Source: a virus. Taken from it: a stretch of 24,737 nucleotides of DNA. The notes under the pieces are model-generated. The model saw only the letters and a list, made by a program, of their open reading frames with translations, did no database searches and had not been told where the DNA came from. Below, in pieces: positions 14,067 to 23,738 of this stretch; positions within the stretch are counted from its first letter, which is position 1, and every line of letters starts with the position of its first letter. The stretch lies in the IMG/VR virus record IMGVR_UViG_3300026280_000003; one strand, 5' to 3'. Position numbers and translations under genes: made by a program.

Positions 14067-15280
14067 CCGATCACCTCAATTTCAGCTTCTGCGACTTCTG
14101 TCAGTTCGTCATAGCCTATCCGCACAGCTTGCACGATACCGTTCTCGCTCGGTCCGAGGGTCGGAATCGAATTTATTTCGTCTCCTCTGAATTCCTTAGC
14201 GTAGGTTAACTTTGTCAAAGCTCCGTTCCAAAAGAGCATATAACTCGCGTAATTGTGTCTAAAAGGGGCTGGCACGTGGCTCACATCGACTTCAAGGTAA
14301 GGTTCGTTACCGTGGGTGTACGTGCCTGTGAGCGTGTAGCTAACATTGAGAGACACAGAAAAGTCTGGAGTCAGACGAAAAGCGCGATCAATTCCAAGAA
14401 CCTGGCACGCTTGCTCGAACACAACGCGCGCGGGTTCTGGAGATTCAGAATCGTATGGCAAGACGAGCCTGAATTTTAAGTTTATTACGCGGTTATCTTC
14501 CGCGCTGTAGCCCCATTCTTTGCGTCCTGGTGTCGTGTCCTCTGTTATTCCTCTAATAAAGCCAGACAAATAGGATGAAACGCTGTAGACCTCATTTATT
14601 TCGCTGTATGGCAGATATTCGGCGTATTCGAGATAGATCGACACATACTTGTTTTCGCCTGCTTCGAATGGTTTGCCGATGATGGCGCGCAAACGGTCTC
14701 TGTCTGTTAGGTAAATCTCGTGATCTTTGAGAACCGAAGTTTTGTAGCTGTACTTGTACTTGTAGCCGTTGAAGATCTCGTAGCTAAACGATCCTGTTTC
14801 TAACTCCGCAAAGAGAGCCGATTCGGGTACTGAAATGGTGTGATGCGTTAGTTCGAAGAGTCTAACAGTGTTCGCGTCTACCATATACCAGCTTCTGCCA
14901 GCCAATTCTGCGATGTATTGAACGAATTCACGCACCGTGCCAGAAAAGTTCACGACGAATGGGTCTTCTGTTTCAGGTACGTTTTCAATTATGATCAGCG
15001 ATTCGTTGGCGAGCGCTTGCAGGTTCGCAAACGGAGCAAAGCGGAAGAATTTCTCTTCAAAAACAGGATTAGTGTAGACAAAATCATACACATTCTGAAA
15101 CGCTTTCACAGAGCCTTTGACGCCGAACCACGTGGATCTTTTTCGAATTATCTTTCCCTGTATCGTGACGCTACCAAGCGTGAGCGAAACCTGGGAACCC
15201 ACTTCGCGGTCCTCAGTTGTTGTGATTCGTCCAACAAACTCGGTTGATTCGATCTTCATTTCATACTCGTATTGCCTCAT
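14063..15280 (-). CDS. Putative distal tail protein (405 aa)
   Basis: Immediately downstream of, and overlapping, the tape measure gene, the usual position of a distal tail protein in siphoviruses. Confidence 0.4.
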   Translation of the reverse strand: MRQYEYEMKIESTEFVGRITTTEDREVGSQVSLTLGSVTIQGKIIRKRSTWFGVKGSVKAFQNVYDFVYTNPVFEEKFFRFAPFANLQALANESLIIIENVPETEDPFVVNFSGTVREFVQYIAELAGRSWYMVDANTVRLFELTHHTISVPESALFAELETGSFSYEIFNGYKYKYSYKTSVLKDHEIYLTDRDRLRAIIGKPFEAGENKYVSIYLEYAEYLPYSEINEVYSVSSYLSGFIRGITEDTTPGRKEWGYSAEDNRVINLKFRLVLPYDSESPEPARVVFEQACQVLGIDRAFRLTPDFSVSLNVSYTLTGTYTHGNEPYLEVDVSHVPAPFRHNYASYMLFWNGALTKLTYAKEFRGDEINSIPTLGPSENGIVQAVRIGYDELTEVAEAEIEVIG

Positions 15281-17115
15281 GGCCGCGCTCCTTCAAATAT
15301 TTCTGTCAAGATCGAGCGTTTCAAATTTTCGCCAGCCTTGCGCCATTCTGCGTCGAAGTCGGAGATGTCCACGCGGATCTTGTATTCCCTCACGACTCTT
15401 TCCGCACGTTCTCGTATTTCCCTCGGGATCGCTAAAGCTCCTGCCCCCGTTGCCGCTATCTGCGTTATCGCTTCTGGAATCGTTCTCGCTCTTCCATACG
15501 CCACAAGCTCTTGCGCCATGAGACGGAGTCTATCAATCTCAGCTGGCGCAGTTGTTGTGAGATAGCGCAAAACTTCATTCGCCGTCTCTGCCATACGAGT
15601 CTCAGTTTCTATGCGCTTTGTCTCTTTCTTTATTTTGAACAGGTCCACGAGTATTTTCACAAGCTCGATCGCTTTGTAAAGGTCAAAAATCAACAGCCCC
15701 ACGACTCCCGCAACGGTCGCAATCGTTGCGCCAGCCGCAGCAAAAGCTGTTTGAATAGCGTGCGCCGCTTTCACGGCAAGGTCAGGGAGCATCGAAAAGC
15801 CCGAAGCGATCTTGGACAGAATCACAGGCACGTCGAGCGCGATGAACTTTTTGAAGATCTCTATCGCATCGCTAACCCCGACAACGAGTTTGCCGATTGC
15901 ACCAGCTGCGGTTAACCCAACGCCACCAAAAACAACCAACTTCGCGATTGCGTTTTGGACTCCTTCAGGTAGCGAATTAAACCAGTTCACAAGATCCTGA
16001 AGCGGTTTCAAAACAGTTTTTAGCGCTTCAAATACTGCGGGAAAGATCGAATACGCCATCTCTTTAAGGGAGGTAAGCGCCATTTGATATTGAGCATACG
16101 GAGTTTTCGCCATCTCGTCTGCAAGCTTTTTCGCTTCGCCTGAAGCGTTTTGAAAACTCGTCGTGAGTTCGTCCACGCGGGATGCGTTGTCTATGAGTAC
16201 TTTCAGAGCCGCTGCGGCGCGGTCTCCAACAATGTAAGCGAGATCCTGAAACGACGCATTTGCGTTCGCCAAGGCCGTGACTATTTCACCCAAAGTATGT
16301 TTTGTTGGGTCTAACTGTTCGAGTGACAAGCCAAGAGCTTTAATGGATTCCGCTGCGACCTTGCTTGGCGTCACTAGCCCGCCAATGATCATTCGCAGAC
16401 TCATCGCCGCTTGGCTTGACTCTATTCCCGCTTGGTTCAACAATGCTAACGCCGCCGCAGTTTCTTCGAAACTCAATCCCGCTTCTTTCGCCATTCTTCC
16501 AACTGCCAAAAGACCCGTGCCTAACTTGTCTATGTTCACGCCAAGTTCATTCGAAACATATGCGAATACATCAACAACTTTCTGTGTTTCTTCGACGCTC
16601 AAGCCGAAACGCGACATCGTGTTGGAAACGTAATTAGCGATGTCGCCAACATTTTTCATTGAGCCAGCCGCGAGCTCTGCGATCGAGGGGATCATCTTGA
16701 TCACGTCAACGCCCTTCACGCCTTCAGACGCGAGAACCGCCATGCCTTGCGCCACTTCGGTAGCACTCAACGGCAGGCTCTTGCTAATATCGCGCGCGAC
16801 CATCTCAAGATCCTTGAATTTATCAGCCGTGAAGCCTGCGACCGTACCAGCTTCCGCGATCGCTTTGTTGAGGTCCAAGCCTATCGCCGTGACGACTCCC
16901 GCAATCCCTGTCGCCGCAGCGCCTAAGCCCAAGAAGGTGTTTGACACCTTGTTTAAGTCATTTCTTAGTTCGTCCCAACCGAGCCCCCGCGCGCTTTTCC
17001 TTCCCGCGGCGGTCACAGCTTCGGCGGTTCGCTCGGCGTTATTGGCGACTTCTTTCAAAGCCGAGGACGCTTTATCTTCAGCCTCGATGAGGATTCTAAC
17101 TTTGTCATCTGCCAT
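15277..17115 (-). CDS. Tail tape measure protein (612 aa)
   Basis: Long Ala/Gly/Leu-rich alpha-helical protein with hydrophobic glycine-rich segments (VVFGGVGLTAAGAIGKLVVGV; AAAGATIATVAGVVGLLIF); follows the tail chaperone candidate; RBS GGGAGG. Confidence 0.75.
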   Translation of the reverse strand: MADDKVRILIEAEDKASSALKEVANNAERTAEAVTAAGRKSARGLGWDELRNDLNKVSNTFLGLGAAATGIAGVVTAIGLDLNKAIAEAGTVAGFTADKFKDLEMVARDISKSLPLSATEVAQGMAVLASEGVKGVDVIKMIPSIAELAAGSMKNVGDIANYVSNTMSRFGLSVEETQKVVDVFAYVSNELGVNIDKLGTGLLAVGRMAKEAGLSFEETAAALALLNQAGIESSQAAMSLRMIIGGLVTPSKVAAESIKALGLSLEQLDPTKHTLGEIVTALANANASFQDLAYIVGDRAAAALKVLIDNASRVDELTTSFQNASGEAKKLADEMAKTPYAQYQMALTSLKEMAYSIFPAVFEALKTVLKPLQDLVNWFNSLPEGVQNAIAKLVVFGGVGLTAAGAIGKLVVGVSDAIEIFKKFIALDVPVILSKIASGFSMLPDLAVKAAHAIQTAFAAAGATIATVAGVVGLLIFDLYKAIELVKILVDLFKIKKETKRIETETRMAETANEVLRYLTTTAPAEIDRLRLMAQELVAYGRARTIPEAITQIAATGAGALAIPREIRERAERVVREYKIRVDISDFDAEWRKAGENLKRSILTEIFEGARP

Positions 17116-17172
17116 CTATTTCGCCTCCCAGCGTGAGGAGGAGCAAAACGGTTTTGAGATCGCTATCTGCGT

Positions 17173-17604
17173 TCAAATAACTCGAGGTTCTGACGAGATT
17201 AGAGATTGCACGGAATAGGACAGGATTTCTTCGAAAAAATCAATATCGCCTTGTGCGACAAAATTGAACAACTTGAATTGCGCAATAATGGCAACTTGGA
17301 CGACGCTTGGTAGCGTGTCGAACTTACTTAGGTCCTGCGGTTCCGAATCAATCGTGAATTCAACAATTGTGGGCTTGACGAGTTCAAAAACGGCTTCAAC
17401 TTCGCTTTCGTCTACAATCTCTTTGCCGTCCTTCAGGGTTTTTTGAATCAAGTTAGAGCCCAAACCAGAGAGCCAACCGAACGCGATGGGATGTCGCGTC
17501 GCAAACTCAATGAATTCTCCCGTTTTGAGAGCTCTCAACTTCAATGAAAGTTTGTGGATCTTCCCTGCTTGCACAAAAGGAATTTCTATCGTCGCGGTCT
17601 GCAT
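17173..17604 (-). CDS. Putative tail assembly chaperone (143 aa)
   Basis: Acidic protein between the major tail protein and the tape measure; no slippery frameshift site identified. Confidence 0.4.
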   Translation of the reverse strand: MQTATIEIPFVQAGKIHKLSLKLRALKTGEFIEFATRHPIAFGWLSGLGSNLIQKTLKDGKEIVDESEVEAVFELVKPTIVEFTIDSEPQDLSKFDTLPSVVQVAIIAQFKLFNFVAQGDIDFFEEILSYSVQSLISSEPRVI

Positions 17605-17614
17605 GCTGTCACCT

Positions 17615-18346
17615 TCATTCTGTCATGGTTTGAATCGTCAATTCGGAGATTGTAAACTCTCTTGTCGTTGCGTAGAACTCGTCTGGCGTGTCTTCAGCTG
17701 TTTGCGTTGTCTCATACGCTTTACCCGTGATTGACAATGTTTTATTTGCGCCAAGAGCGATGGAGATTGAGAAGGACACCTCCGAAAGCGTGTTGGAGAG
17801 GCCCGGAGTCGCGTTCAGTTTCACGCTCAGTGTGCCATCAAAAGATTTGAAAATCGTGTCCGCCACGGTTGGGTAAACGTCCGCGCCCCAGATGAATTCA
17901 ACATCCCAGCTCGCGTTCAAATTGAATTCAAGCACGCTAAGTTGGTTCGACCCGACTGTGATTGTTGCATCCTCGAGCATCGCGAGCGTGCCAGGAGCTG
18001 GTGTTGAACTTGGTGGTGTTGCGGTCTTGCCTTTGACCTCAAGCGAGAAGTTTATCACATCCGCTTTCTTACCTGACAAAGTTAGAGACGTCAAAACTCC
18101 TTCGACCGCTTTTCCTGCGCCACCAACGGTCACGCTTGTCATCGCCGAGTGCGTGATAGCGTTCGTGATTGTCGTCGTCGAATCAAGGATACCAGCGATC
18201 GAAGCGGTAGCTAACTTTTTTCGCCCCGCCACAACTGTATAGTGTGGCAAACCTTTGTAAGTCTTCGCTTGGAATTCGTCGGCAAAACTCGCGCTCGTGT
18301 ACAAGCCTCCAAAAGCGTTCACGTGCTGATGATCCACGTATGGCAT
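17615..18346 (-). CDS. Putative major tail (tube) protein (243 aa)
   Basis: Thr/Ser/Ala-rich composition with beta-rich character, at the canonical position before the chaperone and tape measure; no sheath-sized gene is present. Confidence 0.5.
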   Translation of the reverse strand: MPYVDHQHVNAFGGLYTSASFADEFQAKTYKGLPHYTVVAGRKKLATASIAGILDSTTTITNAITHSAMTSVTVGGAGKAVEGVLTSLTLSGKKADVINFSLEVKGKTATPPSSTPAPGTLAMLEDATITVGSNQLSVLEFNLNASWDVEFIWGADVYPTVADTIFKSFDGTLSVKLNATPGLSNTLSEVSFSISIALGANKTLSITGKAYETTQTAEDTPDEFYATTREFTISELTIQTMTE

Positions 18347-18347
18347 T

Positions 18348-18770
18348 TCAATTCACCTCCACGTAGTAATTCAGTTCGAGACGTATCGCGATCCCCAGCA
18401 CAACAAAGTTGTTTTCCTCATTTAACGTGCGCAAACTGAGTGAAAACTCTCTAACTTGGAACATGACGTTGTCGACAAAGACGCGTTCTCCTATCTTGAA
18501 AAACTCTTCAAGAGCGTCTTTCTTTGCCAGAAGTTCCAGCATAGCCGTGTTCTTTGCTTGCTCTAACACTCTGTGAACGACAAAGATACTTAGCGTGGCG
18601 CGTCTCACCTTCGCTTGCGCCAAAGCCTTTTCGTATGCGTCGTTTGTGACGTCTAAAAAAGCGCACGGGAAAGATTGTACGGCGCTCCAATTCGGCTCCG
18701 CTAAGCTAAGCGGTATGCGTGTGATTTCGTAGAACTTTTTCTGAAAAGCCTTGAGCATCTCGACAGTCAC
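18348..18770 (-). CDS. Putative neck / tail-terminator protein (140 aa)
   Basis: Position between head-completion genes and the major tail protein. Confidence 0.35.
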   Translation of the reverse strand: MTVEMLKAFQKKFYEITRIPLSLAEPNWSAVQSFPCAFLDVTNDAYEKALAQAKVRRATLSIFVVHRVLEQAKNTAMLELLAKKDALEEFFKIGERVFVDNVMFQVREFSLSLRTLNEENNFVVLGIAIRLELNYYVEVN

Positions 18771-18774
18771 AATC

Positions 18775-19191
18775 TCAACTCCTTAGGTGTTCTAAAATCT
18801 GTTGAATTGCAAACGGAACATCTGTGCTTTCATCGATTTCGAGAAACGGGCGCGCCGGAATTCGACTCGTGCCATATTGGTGGTAAGGTCCGTAATGCAC
18901 ACCCGTGTAGACTTCTGCGGTATTTTCACTAACTTCGTGAGTTATACTCGCTCTCAAGCGACCGTGAAACACCAAAATCGGGTACGCGGTCCCTTTGGCT
19001 CTTATCTTGCGTTTCTTAGTCTTCTCGCTCAAGTCTGGCCACGCCGTCACACGCCCCGTGTTGCGTTCGAAAGTCTTTTGCGACTCGCTTTGAAGATGAA
19101 TCGCTATCTTTTTTAGCGGGTTCGAAAGATCTTTGAGCTTTTCAATTTTGTTTTTCAGCGTCTCACCTTCGAAGATAGCGCGAATTACCAT
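18775..19191 (-). CDS. Virion morphogenesis protein (Mu gpG / HK97 gp10-like)
   Basis: C-terminal motif YGPYHQYGTSRIPARPFL characteristic of this family. Confidence 0.55.
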   Translation of the reverse strand: MVIRAIFEGETLKNKIEKLKDLSNPLKKIAIHLQSESQKTFERNTGRVTAWPDLSEKTKKRKIRAKGTAYPILVFHGRLRASITHEVSENTAEVYTGVHYGPYHQYGTSRIPARPFLEIDESTDVPFAIQQILEHLRS

Positions 19192-19538
19192 CTTTCCAGC
19201 TCCTCGTCTGTTATTGCGCGCGGGTCTGAGCGCACAACAGGACGGCTGTAGTTCTGAATCAACGCTGTGTTTTTCATCATCCTGTAAAACTGATCGGCGC
19301 GCTCTGCGTAGTATTTCGCCTGTTCAAGATAACCGAATCGCTCGTGAAGACGCTGAAGCGCGAAGTACTTCGCAAAAAGCTCCACAATTGGGCCTGTGTT
19401 GTCACCAACCATAGCGTTAATTTCGTCTAACAGATCTCGAATCGCTTTATCGTCGGGCGCTTGCGTTTCTGGATCGGTCAGAAGCGCGTTTTTCAGAGTT
19501 TGCGGGATGAAACTCTCTAAATCTTGCCATGTTATCAT
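19185..19538 (-). CDS. Putative head completion / connector protein (117 aa)
   Basis: First gene after the major capsid gene; RBS GAGGTGA. Confidence 0.35.
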   Translation of the reverse strand: MITWQDLESFIPQTLKNALLTDPETQAPDDKAIRDLLDEINAMVGDNTGPIVELFAKYFALQRLHERFGYLEQAKYYAERADQFYRMMKNTALIQNYSRPVVRSDPRAITDEELERW

Positions 19539-19552
19539 CGCATCACCTCAGA

Positions 19553-19578
19553 AAGGGAGGGGGGGCCCCCCTCCCGTC
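19553..19578 (-). terminator. GC-rich palindromic hairpin immediately 3' of the major capsid gene (putative attenuator)
   Basis: GGGAGGGGGGG/CCCCCCTCCC near-perfect palindrome followed on the minus strand by TTTCT, then the RBS of the next gene. Confidence 0.5.
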
Positions 19579-19582
19579 GCTA

Positions 19583-20581
19583 TTACGGTTGCGCTTCGAA
19601 CGTGACCGCGTAAATTTTGAGGGCGTTCACGTTGAGGACATACGGCAACGGTCTCGAAACCGCATAAACGTCGACTGAGCTTCCATCGACGGATGGCGCT
19701 TCAAATGCGAAAATGTCTCCAACAACTGGTTTCATATCGGCATTCAAGTTCGCGTTCGCAACCGCACCGTACGCGATGCCAAGCCCGTTCGGGTCCAAAA
19801 GCACAACTTTTCCTGTGCCGAATGGAGACTCCGAGCCGATTGTGACGTCGTAAATCAGGACTGGAGGCAAATCTGGAAGCTCAAACAACGGCGTCACGAA
19901 AGGTTCGGTTTTCAACGATATCGTGCCAACAGCGTAGTTTGCCTTTGTTAGCGCTTTGTCGATGTATTTGTTGTCGAGCAGAACGCTCGCGACGTCTTTG
20001 CTCACGAGGATGTACGCTGGGGCGAAGCCGTGTTTCTTTTGCTCAGTTACGAGATCTTTGAGCCACAAAAGAAGGTTAGAATCTGGGTCCAGCGTCACTG
20101 CGCTCGGCGCGGTGTACGTCAACGTGTACGTGTACGTGCCGTCGTTGTAGTTTATCTTCCCTGTTCCCGCGATCTGAGCGCACATGAGCTCGATGCGGTT
20201 TAGGACCATGCGTTTCAAGCGCGCGACGGCTTCGGCGTAGACGAACATAACATTGTTTGTCACAGATCCTGTGTCTGCGATGATCAAACTCGGGTCAGAG
20301 ATCTGCGAAAGGAGCAATTCTTCGGTGATCGGAATTTTCACAAAGATCTGCGGTGGGTTAATGTCTGTTTCCGTGTACGCGAAGGTTTCGTTTTGGTTGA
20401 CCGCTTGCGTGTAAAGACCGCGAAGAGGCGCGGCAGTTACCGTCGCGTCCATGTTGCGCAGCGTCACCTTTGGAACAGGTGACAAAGCTCTGTTTACTTG
20501 TTCGAACGTCTTTGTTAGGAACGAGGGCGCAGGTTTTGCCACTTTGATAAAAGCCGTCAGTAGTTTCCAATCCTGTGGCAT
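19583..20581 (-). CDS. Major capsid protein (332 aa)
   Basis: Follows the protease/scaffold gene in a Mu-like head module; size typical of an HK97-fold capsid protein; a strong hairpin lies downstream. Confidence 0.6.
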   Translation of the reverse strand: MPQDWKLLTAFIKVAKPAPSFLTKTFEQVNRALSPVPKVTLRNMDATVTAAPLRGLYTQAVNQNETFAYTETDINPPQIFVKIPITEELLLSQISDPSLIIADTGSVTNNVMFVYAEAVARLKRMVLNRIELMCAQIAGTGKINYNDGTYTYTLTYTAPSAVTLDPDSNLLLWLKDLVTEQKKHGFAPAYILVSKDVASVLLDNKYIDKALTKANYAVGTISLKTEPFVTPLFELPDLPPVLIYDVTIGSESPFGTGKVVLLDPNGLGIAYGAVANANLNADMKPVVGDIFAFEAPSVDGSSVDVYAVSRPLPYVLNVNALKIYAVTFEAQP

Positions 20582-20603
20582 AACTTCTCAACCTCCTTTT
20601 AGG

Positions 20604-21758
20604 TTACTTCCAGCGCATTTGTTTAGCCACAATATCAACAATGTCAGCGCTATCTGGGTTCACGAATTGACGTACCAAATTGCGTTTCGTGTGCTCTGCG
20701 AGTTTCAAGATACTTTCTTTGTCCATCTTACCTTCTTTGAATAGTCTAACATATTCTTCGGCAAGTGCTGGCGGTACACCTTTTTTGACTAACTCTTGTT
20801 TGAACGCGTTGAGCTCGCGCTCTCTTTCTTTCTCTTTGAATTCGTTGATCGTGTTCTCGTACTCTGTTAGCTTGTCCATAAGATGTTTGTTCATTCTTTT
20901 CAGGCGCTCGATCTCCTCGCACAACGCGACTTCGTCCGAGCCACGGAATTCTTCTCCGAACAGTTCGTAAATCTCCTTGATCTTGCGAATAACTTCGAGC
21001 TTTTCCGCGTCTGTCAGATCGACCTCAACACCACGCGCGCCATGCAGGTAAGCAAGTGCCGCGACGGCGGCGCGAAAGTAAAGGTGAAATTCTCCGTTTT
21101 CGAGTTTGCAGACTGGAAACTTGTAGGCTGCTTTCACTTCAGGAACTCCGCTGGGGCCTTCTTCAAAATCGCGCGTGTTCGCGTACAAATGACACTTCGC
21201 ATACGCTTTCCATCCTTTTTCCTCGATAATTTTGTTTCCATCCCGCGCGTCGTCCCAGTCCCATTGCTTCGTGCGCTCGGGAACAACAAGCATCCCGTTC
21301 CAACGTTTCCTCTCGCTGAGGAGTCGTCGCATACCCGAAAACATGGCGATGAAAACATCTTTGAAAGTTAGCTTCGTCTCAGGAAGCGCGGGGCGATTCG
21401 TGAGCGCGACGCCGAGCAACACGACACCGACTTCCTCTCCCGTCTCGCGGTCCACATAAGCGAAGTCGATTTCGGGGCTCACGTACTCGTACTTGTGTTC
21501 CTCTAACATTTTTTGTCCTTCCTCATTTAGTTCGAGCACTGCCCACAAGCCGTCTTCTTCGATGTAGAGCTCCTTCACGTCGCCGTACTTTTCACTTGAT
21601 TCGTGATCAATGTTCACGAACGGCTTGTAGTGTGGATAGCCTTTGTTGAAGTTCTTCACGATCTCTTCGGCGAGCTCTTTCGTAAACTCGATGGGTTCCT
21701 TTTGACCGTACACGTAGATTTTGCCGAAAGGAAGAATCTTCGCTTTCGCTAACATCAT
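20604..21758 (-). CDS. Prohead protease / scaffold protein (Mu gpI-like), with a C-terminal coiled coil
   Basis: N-terminal region VNIDHES...DGLWAVLELNEEG...YEYVSPEIDF resembles the Mu I pattern (VDYEH...DGLY...YRY.SP.F); C-terminal half is Glu/Lys-rich coiled coil. Confidence 0.6.
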   Translation of the reverse strand: MMLAKAKILPFGKIYVYGQKEPIEFTKELAEEIVKNFNKGYPHYKPFVNIDHESSEKYGDVKELYIEEDGLWAVLELNEEGQKMLEEHKYEYVSPEIDFAYVDRETGEEVGVVLLGVALTNRPALPETKLTFKDVFIAMFSGMRRLLSERKRWNGMLVVPERTKQWDWDDARDGNKIIEEKGWKAYAKCHLYANTRDFEEGPSGVPEVKAAYKFPVCKLENGEFHLYFRAAVAALAYLHGARGVEVDLTDAEKLEVIRKIKEIYELFGEEFRGSDEVALCEEIERLKRMNKHLMDKLTEYENTINEFKEKERERELNAFKQELVKKGVPPALAEEYVRLFKEGKMDKESILKLAEHTKRNLVRQFVNPDSADIVDIVAKQMRWK

Positions 21759-21759
21759 T

Positions 21760-22623
21760 TCACCTCACCGTCCTCAAAATTTCCCTCACTATTTCGACAT
21801 CCTCAGGACGCTTTTGGATCTCGGGAAGCTCAGCCATTTTGTGTTCGTCGAGAATTTCTTGCGTCTTCACGTGGTGCAATTCTGGGATTAGATAAGAGCG
21901 ACAATTCACGTGCAAAGGAGGCGTGTTCAGAGCAAGAATATCAACATTGTGAGCTGGGATGAACATTCCATGACGCTCTTGGCAAATTTCTGTTGTTCTG
22001 TCGTCCAACACGGCGGTGAATCGGTAACCTTCGATGTACTGAACAGTGTTTGCGAGATTTCCGACGTTGAAAGCGCGTGTTGTTTCGGTGCGCGCAATAG
22101 CCTTCGCGCGCTTTTTCTCGAACGCTTTGAACTGCTCTTGGATGTATTTTATCGCTTCTTCTTCGCTCATTCCGCGCAACAATGTTTGACGAACCGCGTC
22201 TGTGATCTCTGTCGCTAACGCTCGCAATTCGTATTGCGACACGCTAACCGTGTAGGACTCTAAGAATTTTAGCGCGGGTTTGTGAGCGTGAAAGACATAG
22301 TTAACCGCTTCCTCAGCGTTCTCGAAGACCTTTCCTATGACCTTCGCTAAGATTTGCCATTCACTTGTCAAAGATTGTTTGAGATACAGATAAAGCTCCT
22401 CCTCTGAGAACGTCGCTAATCTGCGTGGGCGCTTGCGAACGCTCGTGAGAACTCCTAAGCTGAAGGCGTAGAGTAGCGGGCGAAAGAGATTTTCGGCTCC
22501 TTGTTCCACATCTATCTTACCAGTGTTAAGGTAGTTGTCAAGACTTTTTTTGAACACTCTTTGCACGTTGAACAATATTTTTCGCTCCGAAGAAAGCATG
22601 AGTTTACCAACGACGCTCGACAC
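21760..22623 (-). CDS. Head morphogenesis protein (Mu F-like / SPP1 gp7 family)
   Basis: Conserved ARTETTRAFN and DDRTTEICQ...HVNCRSY motifs. Confidence 0.75.
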   Translation of the reverse strand: MSSVVGKLMLSSERKILFNVQRVFKKSLDNYLNTGKIDVEQGAENLFRPLLYAFSLGVLTSVRKRPRRLATFSEEELYLYLKQSLTSEWQILAKVIGKVFENAEEAVNYVFHAHKPALKFLESYTVSVSQYELRALATEITDAVRQTLLRGMSEEEAIKYIQEQFKAFEKKRAKAIARTETTRAFNVGNLANTVQYIEGYRFTAVLDDRTTEICQERHGMFIPAHNVDILALNTPPLHVNCRSYLIPELHHVKTQEILDEHKMAELPEIQKRPEDVEIVREILRTVR

Positions 22624-22625
22624 GA

Positions 22626-23738
22626 TTACTCCTCCAACTTCGGCAGATTTAATTCAGAGCGAATGAATTCCGCGTCCGCGACGAGGTCCAAGACGCCAAC
22701 TTCAAGTAGTTTCACGATGATATCCGTCATGGCCTGTTTGGCCTCGATGTCTTTGTCTTCCCTAATCTTGAAAAACCCATAACTCTCGATGTTCGAGAAG
22801 TTGTAGTCGAGTATTCGCGCAACAAGCTGGTCAATGAGCAATTCGGCCACATAGTTCGCCTCGGCCGCGGCGACGGACCGAAACACGTCAAGATGAGATT
22901 TTGCGAGCGCGTACGAACCAACCTTGTCCTGTTTCATGATAGCTTGCGGGATCAAAAGACCGCGCAAGATCAGCGTGTTGAGATACTCGATCGCTTGTTG
23001 GAACACGTCTCCAATATTGCGCGAGCTTTCCAAAAGTTGAACCTCATCATCTTTGTATACCGCGACAACGCCGTTGCGGTAAAGATTCTTCAACGCGTCT
23101 GCGAGAGCTTGCGTGTCGCTAACAGTCTTTCCCAGAATTGCAGGAGCCGCGAAACGTTCCATAGCCGTTGCCCAATATTTCACAAGCATGTCTTTCATCT
23201 TGAAGCGCGGATAAATGCGCGCCAACACACTCTTAGGCGCAAAAATAGAACCACGGAACAGGATCAAGCATTTTTCAACTGGGATTTCGACAACCTCGCC
23301 TGGTTGCTGGTACTTGACGGCTGTCAAAATTTGTTTGTTGTTTTCGTCCTTTTCGGTCACGAAGCTAACGCGTGTGATGTCGAGAGGTATGAGGCCTTTA
23401 AAATAAACCTTGTCTTGTTTGATTGTCCAAAGAATCTCAGCGACGCTGATTCCCCATGCGAAGTAAGAAGTGAGGAGGTTATGTAACTGTTGGCGAATCG
23501 AATAGCGCGCTTGTTCAAAGTTAGCTCTGACGAAGTTTTGTAGCTCCTCGACCGGGTTGAAGTAATCTCCAATCATGCCGAGAGTTGTGTTCGAGAGGAT
23601 GTCCAAGCCTGCGCCGATCGTCTCATCTCGCAACATCTTTTCGACGTCTTGCGCCGTGAGACGCAAAGGAACCGACTCTAAAGATGTTAGCGAAGGTAAA
23701 AGGTGTTCGCTCGCGTACTGCCGGAGATCCACACTCAT
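22626..23738 (-). CDS. Portal protein (370 aa)
   Basis: Immediately downstream of TerL with an ATGA overlap and upstream of the Mu F-like gene; assignment is by synteny and size only. Confidence 0.55.
   Translation of the reverse strand: MSVDLRQYASEHLLPSLTSLESVPLRLTAQDVEKMLRDETIGAGLDILSNTTLGMIGDYFNPVEELQNFVRANFEQARYSIRQQLHNLLTSYFAWGISVAEILWTIKQDKVYFKGLIPLDITRVSFVTEKDENNKQILTAVKYQQPGEVVEIPVEKCLILFRGSIFAPKSVLARIYPRFKMKDMLVKYWATAMERFAAPAILGKTVSDTQALADALKNLYRNGVVAVYKDDEVQLLESSRNIGDVFQQAIEYLNTLILRGLLIPQAIMKQDKVGSYALAKSHLDVFRSVAAAEANYVAELLIDQLVARILDYNFSNIESYGFFKIREDKDIEAKQAMTDIIVKLLEVGVLDLVADAEFIRSELNLPKLEE

Noticed and set aside
15511-17218. Plus-strand ORFs (15511..15915, 16277..16633, 16640..17218) antisense to the tape measure gene
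   Set aside because: They lie entirely inside a long, well-supported minus-strand gene, and have no RBS and a Ser/Pro/Ala-rich low-complexity translation; typical antisense artefacts.
17116-17230. Searched for a programmed -1 frameshift site between the tail chaperone and the tape measure gene
   Set aside because: No XXXYYYZ slippery heptamer or overlapping extension ORF found; the genes are separated by a 58-nt gap with a normal RBS.
20883-23486. Plus-strand ORFs 20883..21371 and 22893..23486 antisense to the protease/scaffold and portal genes
   Set aside because: Antisense to well-supported genes, no upstream RBS, no motifs.
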